Counted from the stretch's first letter, positions 21,274 to 29,236 are shown. The stretch: DNA of 48,060 nucleotides from an uncultured Gammaproteobacteria bacterium (GCA_937899995.1 CALCCK010000007.1:1-48060); one strand, 5' to 3'. A program made the numbers and translations. Notes: generated by a model not told the origin, from the letters alone.

Positions 21274-21603
21274 ATGAAAAAGATTTTCGCAGTAATATTA
21301 TTAGCATTTTCACTAGGTGCTAACGCATTTTTTAACAACAATGACATGCCTTGGAACAACGGCTTTAACAACAACGTTAACGGCTACCAGCAAGACAATG
21401 GAATTTTTTCATACAATCCGTACGATTACTGGGATCCACGTTGGTACATGGAAGAAATGAGCAATATGGTTGACGAGTTTGACGATGAGTTTAATAACAA
21501 TAACAACAATCGTTATGGTTATAACTCATACAACAATGGCCCTTGGAACAGAACTGCAGCAGTTACATCTGCACCAGTTAAGACTGAGGCAGCAGCAAAA
21601 TAA
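21274..21603 (+). CDS. Small Sec-exported Asn/Gly/Trp/Tyr-rich low-complexity protein, paralogue 2, uncharacterised
   Basis: GGAG SD. Signal peptide MKKIFAVILLAFSLGANA|F. Mature part contains MPWNNGFNNN, the acidic motif DPRWYMEEMSNMVDEFDDEF, and NRYGYNSYNNGPWN. Has its own terminator. Confidence 0.7.
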   Translation: MKKIFAVILLAFSLGANAFFNNNDMPWNNGFNNNVNGYQQDNGIFSYNPYDYWDPRWYMEEMSNMVDEFDDEFNNNNNNRYGYNSYNNGPWNRTAAVTSAPVKTEAAAK

Positions 21604-21621
21604 TTTAAATTAATTTGCTAG

Positions 21622-21654
21622 AAAAAAAACCAGCACTAGTTGCTGGTTTTTTTT
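21622..21654 (+). terminator. Rho-independent terminator
   Basis: A-run, then stem CCAGCA / TGCTGG (21630-21635 / 21641-21646) with a 5-nt loop, then T8. Confidence 0.75.
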
Positions 21655-21719
21655 CGTCTATATAAAAAAATATTGGTTTATAATGAACTTACTTTTTATA
21701 AAAATCAGAGGAGAGTTAG

Positions 21720-22241
21720 ATGAAAAAAATTATCACAATTTCACTATTAACCCTAACATTAAACGCAACGGCAGGTTGGGGTGCTAATAACAGCCCTTGG
21801 GGTAACAATGGCTGTAGTAACGGTCCATGGGGTGGCTTAAATAATAATAACGGTTTTATTGGCAACAACCGATATTCAATGTTCACACCAGATTGGTTTA
21901 GTGAAGAAATGGATGATATGATGGATGAATTTGATTCTAACAACAATGGTCCTTGGGGTAATAGAGGCTTTAACAATGGTCCTTGGGGTAATAGAGGCTT
22001 TAACAATGGTCCTTGGGGTAATAGAGGCTTTAACAATGGTCCTTGGGGTAATAGAGGCTTTAACAATGGTCCATGGGGTAATAATGGCCCTTGGAATAAC
22101 TCTAATTTTGGCAATATGCCCTGGGGTAATCAAAATAATCCTTGGAGTAACAACTCTTGGAGGAATAGTCCGTGGGGTAACTACGGCTATAACAGAGCTA
22201 TTCCTACATCAGCAAATACTGGTGCAACAAATTCCAAGTAA
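21720..22241 (+). CDS. Small Sec-exported Asn/Gly/Trp/Pro-rich repeat protein, paralogue 3, uncharacterised
   Basis: GAGGAG SD. Signal peptide MKKIITISLLTLTLNATA|G. Motif TPDWFSEEMDDMMDEFD, then (NNGPWGNRGF)x4 and further PWGN/PWSN repeats. Has its own terminator. Confidence 0.7.
   Translation: MKKIITISLLTLTLNATAGWGANNSPWGNNGCSNGPWGGLNNNNGFIGNNRYSMFTPDWFSEEMDDMMDEFDSNNNGPWGNRGFNNGPWGNRGFNNGPWGNRGFNNGPWGNRGFNNGPWGNNGPWNNSNFGNMPWGNQNNPWSNNSWRNSPWGNYGYNRAIPTSANTGATNSK
21942..22083 (+). repeat. Perfect 30-nt tandem repeat x4 (21942-22061) plus a diverged partial fifth copy, in frame within the CDS
   Basis: AACAATGGTCCTTGGGGTAATAGAGGCTTT is repeated head to tail with no mismatch and encodes NNGPWGNRGF. 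Confidence 0.95.
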
Positions 22242-22258
22242 GTAAATCACTTAATCTT

Positions 22259-22288
22259 AAAAAAGCCAGCTTTATGCTGGCTTTTTTG
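22259..22288 (+). terminator. Rho-independent terminator, 20 nt upstream of the ABC permease start
   Basis: Stem AGCCAGC / GCTGGCT (22264-22270 / 22276-22282), loop TTTAT, then a T-run. Confidence 0.75.
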
Positions 22289-22307
22289 TTGCTAAAATAC
22301 TTTAATC

Positions 22308-23285
22308 ATGTGGACTTACATACTTAGACGTGCCCTATACAGTATCCCTATTTTATTAGGCGTTAACCTAATTACATTTCTGTTGTTTTTTATGGTGAAT
22401 ACGCCGGATGATATGGCGCGTATTCAGCTAGGTGCTAAGCACGTCACACAGGCTGATATTCATACTTGGAAAGAAGAAAAAGGCTACAACAAGCCTTTGT
22501 TCATTAATACTAATCAATCGGGTTCAGCAATACTTACAGACACCATTTTTTATCAAAAATCTATTCCTTTGTTTCAGCTTGATTTTGGTCATTCAGACTC
22601 GGGTAGAAACATCAACAAAGACATTGCTCAGCGTATGTGGCCGTCATTAGCCTTGGCCATTCCATCTTTTATTATTGCGCTGATTACCAACATCGTGTTT
22701 GCCATGTGGATGGTGATGTTGCTCGGCACCAAGCTAGAGCGAATGAGTTTAATTTTTACCGTGGCGCTAATGTCTATATCAGGGCTTTTTTATATCATCA
22801 TCGGCCAAAAAATAGTGGCTGGTATGTGGCATTGGTTCCCTGTTTCAGGTTACCAAAGTGGCTTTGAGTCTTGGCGTTTTGTCATGTTGCCGGTACTGAT
22901 TGGTGTGGTCGCCGGACTCGGTTCAGGAGTCAGATGGTATCGCTCGATCTTCCTAGAAGAAATCAACAAGCCGTATGTCAATACAGCCCGTGCCAAAGGT
23001 CTTAGCGAGCAACAAGTGTTATTCAAGCATGTGTTGAAAAATGCTATGATTCCGATTTTGACCGGTGTAGTTGTCATCATTCCATCGTTATTTATGGGCA
23101 GCTTAATCATGGAAAGTTTCTTCTCTATTCCAGGCTTAGGTAGCTACACCATTGATGCGATTAATTCACAAGATTTTGCCATTGTGCGTGCCATGGTATT
23201 TTTAGGCTCAATTCTCTATATTGTTGGCCTATTGTTGACGGACATCTCCTACACTTGGGTTGATCCGAGAGTGAAGTTCAAATGA
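22308..23285 (+). CDS. Opp/Dpp-type (peptide/nickel family) ABC importer permease, DppB/YejB-like
   Basis: MWTYILRRALYSIPILLGVNLITFLLFF start, and the EAA-loop region YVNTARAKGLSEQQVLFKHVLKNAMIP. Confidence 0.85.
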   Translation: MWTYILRRALYSIPILLGVNLITFLLFFMVNTPDDMARIQLGAKHVTQADIHTWKEEKGYNKPLFINTNQSGSAILTDTIFYQKSIPLFQLDFGHSDSGRNINKDIAQRMWPSLALAIPSFIIALITNIVFAMWMVMLLGTKLERMSLIFTVALMSISGLFYIIIGQKIVAGMWHWFPVSGYQSGFESWRFVMLPVLIGVVAGLGSGVRWYRSIFLEEINKPYVNTARAKGLSEQQVLFKHVLKNAMIPILTGVVVIIPSLFMGSLIMESFFSIPGLGSYTIDAINSQDFAIVRAMVFLGSILYIVGLLLTDISYTWVDPRVKFK

Positions 23286-24592
23286 CTTTTGTCTGGCTGT
23301 GGACCGACTTCTTGCTTTGGGTGTTATTCGCTCTGAGTATGGTTGCCGTGGTGAAAATACGCGGTAATGAATTATTATTACAAAAATGGCAAAAAATCTT
23401 TGCCCAACCTTTAGCGCTATCTGCTTTTATTATATTTACATTTTATATTTTAATCGGCTTGTCAGACTCCATTCACTTTAGGCTGGATAACAACACCACA
23501 ACTTATAGTGTATTGGATAGGGTGCTATTACCTGCATTAGAGGCTGAAGAAAAAACCTACTCTACGCCACTGAATTTTGAGCAATTTTCAAAAGAATATT
23601 TAGACAACGGCCTTCGCGGACGCGTGCACTTAAACCTAGTATCAGATGAAATCACCAATGCTGGTGACAACAATAAAAATCTATTAGCCATTAGTGTCAA
23701 TGCGTTGCTTTATGCAGCCGTTATTTTTATTGCCTTTATTTTAGTTTTATTAAAATTTACCTCAGTCAAAATCAGGCGCAACCGTTCAGTTCTAGTCACT
23801 ATTTTTACTTTGATGTTTTTCTGTGTGTGGGTGGTATTACTCATGCCAAATTATCACATCTTAGGGACAGATAAAGCTGGTATTGATGTCTTTTACAAAG
23901 CTGTTAAGAGCATTCGTACTGGTATGGTGTTTGGCTTATTGACAACACTTTTAGCCTTACCACCGGCAATTATTTTGGGATTAATGGCAGGCTATTTCAA
24001 AGGCAAAACTGACGATGTGATTCAATACATCTATACCACCATTAACGCCATTCCAGGCATCCTACTTATCGCCGCCTTGGTGCTAATATTGCAAGTATAT
24101 ATGGATGAACATGCCTCTGATTATGCCTCTGCTCTAGAGCGCTCAGATCTTAAATTACTGTTACTTTGTATGATACTAGCACTCACTTCATGGACAGGTC
24201 TGTGTCGTTTAATTCGTGCAGAAACACTTAAACTATCAGAGCTAGAATTTGTCCAAGCTGCTAAAGTATTCGGCATCAGTAATATTAAAATTTTGTTTAA
24301 TCATCTTATGCCGAATATCATGCACTTAGTGCTTATCTCCATTGTGCTTGATTTCTCAGGTTTGGTACTGATTGAAGCGGTGTTGTCATATGTGGGTGTA
24401 GGTGTAGATGCCACCACTATGAGCTGGGGCAATATGATTAACGCTGCACGTCTAGAGTTATCTACTGATCCTGTAGTCTGGTGGCCTCTAGCTTCTAGTT
24501 TTATCTTTATGTTTATTTTGGTGCTAAGCGCCAATCTATTTGCTGATCGTGTACGTCAGGTGTTTGATCCAAAAGGAGATGAAGATGCTTAA
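23282..24592 (+). CDS. Opp/Dpp-type ABC importer permease (DppC/YejE-like) with a ~190-aa N-terminal extension
   Basis: The C-terminal core has HILGTDKAGIDVF and the EAA-loop FVQAAKVFGISNIKILFNHLMPN. The extension adds TM segments and a ~80-aa predicted periplasmic loop. ATGA overlap with the upstream permease. Confidence 0.85.
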   Translation: MTFVWLWTDFLLWVLFALSMVAVVKIRGNELLLQKWQKIFAQPLALSAFIIFTFYILIGLSDSIHFRLDNNTTTYSVLDRVLLPALEAEEKTYSTPLNFEQFSKEYLDNGLRGRVHLNLVSDEITNAGDNNKNLLAISVNALLYAAVIFIAFILVLLKFTSVKIRRNRSVLVTIFTLMFFCVWVVLLMPNYHILGTDKAGIDVFYKAVKSIRTGMVFGLLTTLLALPPAIILGLMAGYFKGKTDDVIQYIYTTINAIPGILLIAALVLILQVYMDEHASDYASALERSDLKLLLLCMILALTSWTGLCRLIRAETLKLSELEFVQAAKVFGISNIKILFNHLMPNIMHLVLISIVLDFSGLVLIEAVLSYVGVGVDATTMSWGNMINAARLELSTDPVVWWPLASSFIFMFILVLSANLFADRVRQVFDPKGDEDA

Positions 24593-26135
24593 GCCATTAC
24601 TATCAGTTGAAAATTTATCGATTTTCACTAAATCACAAAAAATCGTAAAAAATATCAGCTTTACTATTAACCAAGGTGAAATCTTTGCCTTGGTAGGTGA
24701 ATCAGGCTCTGGAAAGAGCTTAACAGCTTTAAGTATAGTTGATTTACTAGCAAAAAATCTTAAAAAGAGCGGTAAAATCACCTATAAAGACGCCGATTTA
24801 AGTCATTCGCAAAATATCCAAAATTTTCGTGGCTCAGAAATTGCCTTTATTTTTCAAGATCCAACCAACAGCTTGAACCCTATTATGACCATTGGCGAGC
24901 AAGTAGACGAAGTATTAGCTTTGCATACCAATTTAAACAAAAAACAGCGTAAATCTCGTGTTTTAACTCTTTTTGAGCAGGTTGATTTGGATACCAGTGT
25001 TCAAATGTACGCGCGTTATCCTCATCAAGTCTCTGGCGGGCAAAAGCAACGAGTAATGATAGCCTGTGCACTTGCCGGCGGTGCTAACTTACTCATTGCT
25101 GATGAGCCAACCACAGCACTTGATGTCACCACGCAAAAACAAGTATTAGAGTTATTACTAGATTTAAGAAAAAATCAAAAATTATCGATATTACTCATTA
25201 CCCACGATTTATCCGTAGTGAAACTGATGGCAGACAGAGTGGCGGTGATGCACCAAGGTAATATTATTGAAAACCGCGATAAAACCGAATGTTTCCAAAA
25301 CCCAATCGAAGCTTATTCTAAAAAGCTTTTAGTCTCTTTGCCAAAAGGCAGTCGAGACCAAACCTTTGGTGATGTGCTGATCAAGGGTGATAAGGTTAAG
25401 GTTTATTTCCCAATTAAAACTGGCTTATTCCAGCGTACCACTGATTATGTCAGAGCCGTTGATGAGGTCAACTTCACCCTCAAACAAGGGCAAAACCTTG
25501 CCATTGTTGGTGAGTCAGGTTCCGGTAAAACCACACTAGCCAAAGCCATAATGCGCCAGTTAGATTTGCACGAGGGCAGTGTAAGTATGTGTAATAAAGC
25601 CATTAGTACTTATGCACGCAAGGCGTATGCTGCCAAGGTACAAATTGTATTTCAAAATGTCACCTCGAGCTTTAACCCACGTATGCGTATCTCTCAAACC
25701 TTGCTAGAGTGCTTGCAAGCGTTAAATCCAAGCCAAGCAAATACCGCTTATTTAAAAGAATTATTGCAAGAAGTAGAGCTCGATCCTGAACTCATGCATC
25801 GTTACCCGCATGAGCTTTCAGGTGGGCAATTGCAGCGCTTATCGATTGCACGTGCCATTAGTGTTAACCCGCAAGTAATTATCTGTGATGAGCCTACTTC
25901 AGCTCTCGATGCCACTATTAAAGTGCAAATACTTAATTTATTATTACGCTTGCAGCGTGAAAAAGGCGTTAGTTACATCATCATCACTCACGATATCTCA
26001 ATTGTAGATTATTTTGCTGATCATGTGATTGTGATGAAGCAGGGTAAAGTTTTAGAGGATGGGGCTACAAATGAGATACTTAATAATCCTAAAAATAACT
26101 ACACCAAAGCTCTTTTATCTTCAGTTTTAAGTTGA
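24585..26135 (+). CDS. Fused double-ATPase subunit of an Opp/Dpp-type ABC importer (YejF-like)
   Basis: Two Walker A motifs (GESGSGKS twice) and two signatures (VSGGQKQRV, LSGGQLQRL). I set the start at the ATG at 24585 (GGAG 6 nt upstream; ATGCTTAA overlap with the previous stop). The ORF-track start is 24540. Confidence 0.85.
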   Translation: MLKPLLSVENLSIFTKSQKIVKNISFTINQGEIFALVGESGSGKSLTALSIVDLLAKNLKKSGKITYKDADLSHSQNIQNFRGSEIAFIFQDPTNSLNPIMTIGEQVDEVLALHTNLNKKQRKSRVLTLFEQVDLDTSVQMYARYPHQVSGGQKQRVMIACALAGGANLLIADEPTTALDVTTQKQVLELLLDLRKNQKLSILLITHDLSVVKLMADRVAVMHQGNIIENRDKTECFQNPIEAYSKKLLVSLPKGSRDQTFGDVLIKGDKVKVYFPIKTGLFQRTTDYVRAVDEVNFTLKQGQNLAIVGESGSGKTTLAKAIMRQLDLHEGSVSMCNKAISTYARKAYAAKVQIVFQNVTSSFNPRMRISQTLLECLQALNPSQANTAYLKELLQEVELDPELMHRYPHELSGGQLQRLSIARAISVNPQVIICDEPTSALDATIKVQILNLLLRLQREKGVSYIIITHDISIVDYFADHVIVMKQGKVLEDGATNEILNNPKNNYTKALLSSVLS

Positions 26136-26151
26136 TTTTAAAACATAAGGG

Positions 26152-26180
26152 TTGCAATAAGTATATTATAATGTTATAAT
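26152..26180 (+). promoter_or_regulatory. Near-consensus sigma70 promoter with extended -10 for the gene at 26210
   Basis: TTGCAA (26152-26157), 17-nt spacer, TGT-TATAAT (-10 at 26175-26180). Shares the 13-mer ATGTTATAATATA with the promoter at 21207-21234. Confidence 0.5.
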
Positions 26181-26209
26181 ATACAGCTCATCAACCAAGA
26201 GGAAGTAAA

Positions 26210-26653
26210 ATGAAAAAAGTTATCACTGCCATGTCAATGGCTATCGTATTAGCAAGTAGTAACGTTATGGCTCAAGAGGAATTTAATTTAGGCGCAATTA
26301 GTGATTTCTTTTCAGAAATGGGTAACTCAATCAAAGATGGCGTTTCTAGTGCCTCTGACTCAATTAAAGAAAGTACAACAGAAGTTCAAAATATTGATTT
26401 CTCATTTGACGATATTAAAACAGCAATTTTTGGCGAGTCTGAAGTTGTAGAAAAGATTGTCTATAAAGATAAGCCGGTAGAAGTAGTAAAAGAGAAAATT
26501 ATTTATAAAGAGAAAATTATTTATAAAGACAAAATTGTTGAGAAGATTATCAAGGTTCAGCCTAAAGAAAGAACTTGTGTAACAAAAGTTCACCAGTTGG
26601 CAGTGCCAGCAGGTGAATCAACAACAGTAACAACTTGTACTGAATGGAAATAA
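26210..26653 (+). CDS. Small Sec-exported protein with EKI(I/V)YK(D/E)K repeats and a C-terminal Cys pair, uncharacterised
   Basis: AGAGGAAG SD. Signal peptide MKKVITAMSMAIVLASSNVMA|Q. Repeats EKIVYKDKPVEVVKEKIIYKEKIIYKDKIVEKIIK. C terminus C-x28-C. Has its own promoter and terminator. Confidence 0.6.
   Translation: MKKVITAMSMAIVLASSNVMAQEEFNLGAISDFFSEMGNSIKDGVSSASDSIKESTTEVQNIDFSFDDIKTAIFGESEVVEKIVYKDKPVEVVKEKIIYKEKIIYKDKIVEKIIKVQPKERTCVTKVHQLAVPAGESTTVTTCTEWK
26492..26527 (+). repeat. Perfect 18-nt tandem duplication within the CDS (encodes EKIIYK x2)
   Basis: GAGAAAATTATTTATAAA occurs at 26492-26509 and again at 26510-26527. Confidence 0.9.
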
Positions 26654-26670
26654 CATCTATTTAAAATAAT

Positions 26671-26697
26671 AAAAAGCCGCTTTAAGCGGCTTTTTTA
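26671..26697 (+). terminator. Rho-independent terminator
   Basis: AAGCCGC / GCGGCTT stem (26674-26680 / 26686-26692), 5-nt loop, then a T-run. Confidence 0.75.
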
Positions 26698-26768
26698 TTG
26701 CCAAGTAAAATACTTATGATAGGTGATTATTGTAAAATATCATTCCATTAAGACTTTAGGAATAAGTA

Positions 26769-27176
26769 ATGAGTGACAACTGTATTTTTTGTAAATTAAG
26801 AGATGAACGTGTTATTTATGAATGCGAATATACAAAAGCATTTATTGATACTTATCCTGCCTCACCTGGGCATACGCTGATTATTCCCAAGCGCCATTTT
26901 GCCACGTATTTTGAAGCTACTGAAGATGAAATATTAGCTATTGGTAAAGCACTCAAAGCTGCTAAAAAAATTCTTGATGAAGAATTCTCACCCGATGCTT
27001 ACAACATTGGCGTTAACAATGGCGAGGCTGCTGGACAAAGTGTAATGCACTTACATGTGCACTTAATGCCACGATACAAAGGCGATGTCAATGATCCAAA
27101 AGGCGGCGTACGCTGGATTTTAAAAGATAAGGCTAATTATTGGAACAAAAAAGAAACCACCAAAAGAGTAACCTAG
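26769..27176 (+). CDS. HIT (histidine triad) family nucleotide hydrolase/transferase
   Basis: CIFC zinc-like motif at the N terminus and the histidine triad HLHVHLMPR. Confidence 0.85.
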   Translation: MSDNCIFCKLRDERVIYECEYTKAFIDTYPASPGHTLIIPKRHFATYFEATEDEILAIGKALKAAKKILDEEFSPDAYNIGVNNGEAAGQSVMHLHVHLMPRYKGDVNDPKGGVRWILKDKANYWNKKETTKRVT

Positions 27177-27254
27177 TTAAAAATACGCTCTTCTATTTTT
27201 ATTGACTGATTAGGTGTATAGTTGAATTAAACCAATTAAAAAATAGGAGGTAGT

Positions 27255-27500
27255 ATGAAGTTTAAAAATATTACTATGACGCTTGCAGCCGCTATGTCAA
27301 CGGCTACCACTTCAATGGCCGCACAATCATGGGCCAAAGATTATGCTCAATCGGTACACACACAGGCAAAGATTAATACTCAAGTTGTTCAGCCCTGGCA
27401 CAAGGGTTATCAACCAGAAGTTCAACCTTGGGAAAAGTTAAGTAATCGTCACTTGAAGGGCGCAGCTAGAATGTATAACCACGGTATTAAAAGAGTATAG
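27255..27500 (+). CDS. Small putative exported protein (81 aa), uncharacterised
   Basis: AGGAGG SD 5 nt upstream. Signal-like N terminus (…ATTSMAA|QSW). Internal repeat VQPWHKGYQPEVQPWEK. No recognisable family. Confidence 0.4.
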   Translation: MKFKNITMTLAAAMSTATTSMAAQSWAKDYAQSVHTQAKINTQVVQPWHKGYQPEVQPWEKLSNRHLKGAARMYNHGIKRV

Positions 27501-27581
27501 CTAAGTTTTTACAATCGTAAACTAAGCTTATTTTTTAGTTTGTTTTGTATGTGCATATTTTGTTGACTCAGGCTCGACAGC

Positions 27582-29186
27582 ATGGGTGTGAGCATGGTGA
27601 ATATTGAACAACTATTATTAAAACCAAGTGTCTATCCTCATCATGTTGATGAGGTTGAGCATATTGAGACGCACATTTCTCACATCTTTCTAGCCGGTGA
27701 GTATGCCTATAAAGTTAAAAAATCACTTAATCTTGGGTTTTTAGACTTCTCTACACTTGAAGCTCGTAAACACTTTTGCGCTGAAGAGGTGCGCCTCAAC
27801 TCAAGACTAGCAAGAGATATTTATATTGATGTTGTATCAATTATCTGTAATGATGATCGAATTTTCATTACTGATAAGCAAACTGACAAATACACGAATG
27901 TTGTTGAGTATGCTGTGCGGATGCACCGTTTTGACCGTGAAATGGAGTTGGATAAATTACTTGAAAATCATTCTAAGTATTGGAAAGATGAGTGGTTAGA
28001 TGAGCTCTGCATAATTGTGGCTAAGTTCCACTTAGACTCTACTCGAGCTAAGATTGACTCAGGTTATGGCGAAGTCGATGTTATTTTTTCATTCGCACAT
28101 GAGAATTTCGTCCAGATTAAGCAACATTTGCACAATTATCAACATATTGTCAAAACTTCTGAACAACTCCAAGAATGGACCACCTTACAAAAGAAAAGAC
28201 TTTCTAGTGAGATTGATTCAAGATTGAAGAATGGGTTTGTTCGGGAATGTCATGGAGATATGCATTTAGCAAATATGGTGTACTGGCAATCAAAGGTGCA
28301 AATTTTTGATGGTATTGAGTTTAGCGCCGAGCTTCGATGGATCGATGTCATTAGTGAGGTGGCGTTTTTAGTCATGGATTTGGAAAGTCGAGAAAGGCCT
28401 GATTTAGCTTGGCAGTTTTTAAATGGTTATCTTTCTTTAACTGGCGATTATGCAGGCTTGAGTTTATTGGATTTTTACCGTAATTATCTCGCCAGTGTTC
28501 GTGCCAAGGTCTTGTCAATTCGATGTTCACAACTAAACGCGAGAGATGCTAAAGAACAAAAAATCCTACTTGATGGAGTGGACCATTATTTAGCATTAGC
28601 AAGCGCCTACACTCAACCTAAAAAACCTAGTGTAATTATGCTACATGGCTTATCTGGCAGTGGAAAAAGCACACTTGCTGCCCGCCTTAATGAACGACTA
28701 TTGGCTATTTGGATTCGCTCCGATGTTGAAAGAAAGCGTTTATTCGGCATATTTGATGGCGGTCAAGGTTTATTACTGAAAGGGGATATGTATGCTCCAG
28801 AGGCAACCAGAGTCACTTATCAACGATTGCTTGATTTAACTAAATCCATTATTGAGGATGGCTATAGTGTTATTGTTGATGCAACTTTTCTTCAAGTAAA
28901 AGAGCGTCAAATGTTCTATCAGGATTTTTATAAAATTGATACTGCTATTATCATTCTTGATTTACAAGTAGAAAAGAACGAACTTCGTGAGCGTGTTAGA
29001 CAACGTTCAAATGATCAAAATAATATCTCAGATGCTGATGTGAGTGTATTAGAGCAACAATTTCACTTATTGGATCCACTTAAAGACACCGAAAAGGTGA
29101 CAATATTACATATAAATGCAAATAAAATCCTAGATTCAAAAGCAATTGCAAATAAAGTACGTAAATTGATAAATACAATTAATTAA
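27582..29186 (+). CDS. Two-domain protein: N-terminal aminoglycoside-phosphotransferase-like kinase fold plus a C-terminal P-loop (AAA_33/zeta-like) kinase domain; conserved but uncharacterised
   Basis: N terminus IETHISHIFLAGEYAYKVKKSLNLGFLDFSTLEARK...ECHGDMHLANM (APH-type HGD catalytic loop). C-terminal Walker A GLSGSGKSTLA. An alternative start lies at 27594. Confidence 0.75.
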   Translation: MGVSMVNIEQLLLKPSVYPHHVDEVEHIETHISHIFLAGEYAYKVKKSLNLGFLDFSTLEARKHFCAEEVRLNSRLARDIYIDVVSIICNDDRIFITDKQTDKYTNVVEYAVRMHRFDREMELDKLLENHSKYWKDEWLDELCIIVAKFHLDSTRAKIDSGYGEVDVIFSFAHENFVQIKQHLHNYQHIVKTSEQLQEWTTLQKKRLSSEIDSRLKNGFVRECHGDMHLANMVYWQSKVQIFDGIEFSAELRWIDVISEVAFLVMDLESRERPDLAWQFLNGYLSLTGDYAGLSLLDFYRNYLASVRAKVLSIRCSQLNARDAKEQKILLDGVDHYLALASAYTQPKKPSVIMLHGLSGSGKSTLAARLNERLLAIWIRSDVERKRLFGIFDGGQGLLLKGDMYAPEATRVTYQRLLDLTKSIIEDGYSVIVDATFLQVKERQMFYQDFYKIDTAIIILDLQVEKNELRERVRQRSNDQNNISDADVSVLEQQFHLLDPLKDTEKVTILHINANKILDSKAIANKVRKLINTIN

Positions 29187-29236
29187 CATTGGAGGAGTAC
29201 AATCATAAGTAGATAACTGAAAGAAAGGAGTGTGTG

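Noticed and set aside
21942-22083. Regularly spaced identical 30-nt units, which could be mistaken for a CRISPR array.
   Set aside because: The units are directly adjacent with no spacers. They are in frame inside a CDS, and no cas genes are present.
21716-22245. Three long ORFs overlapping the repeat-protein gene in other frames or on the other strand (21716-22114 minus, 21876-22133 minus, 21925-22245 plus).
   Set aside because: They are by-products of the 30-nt tandem repeat keeping every frame open. Only the 21720-22241 plus frame has an SD, a signal peptide, paralogues next door and a terminator.
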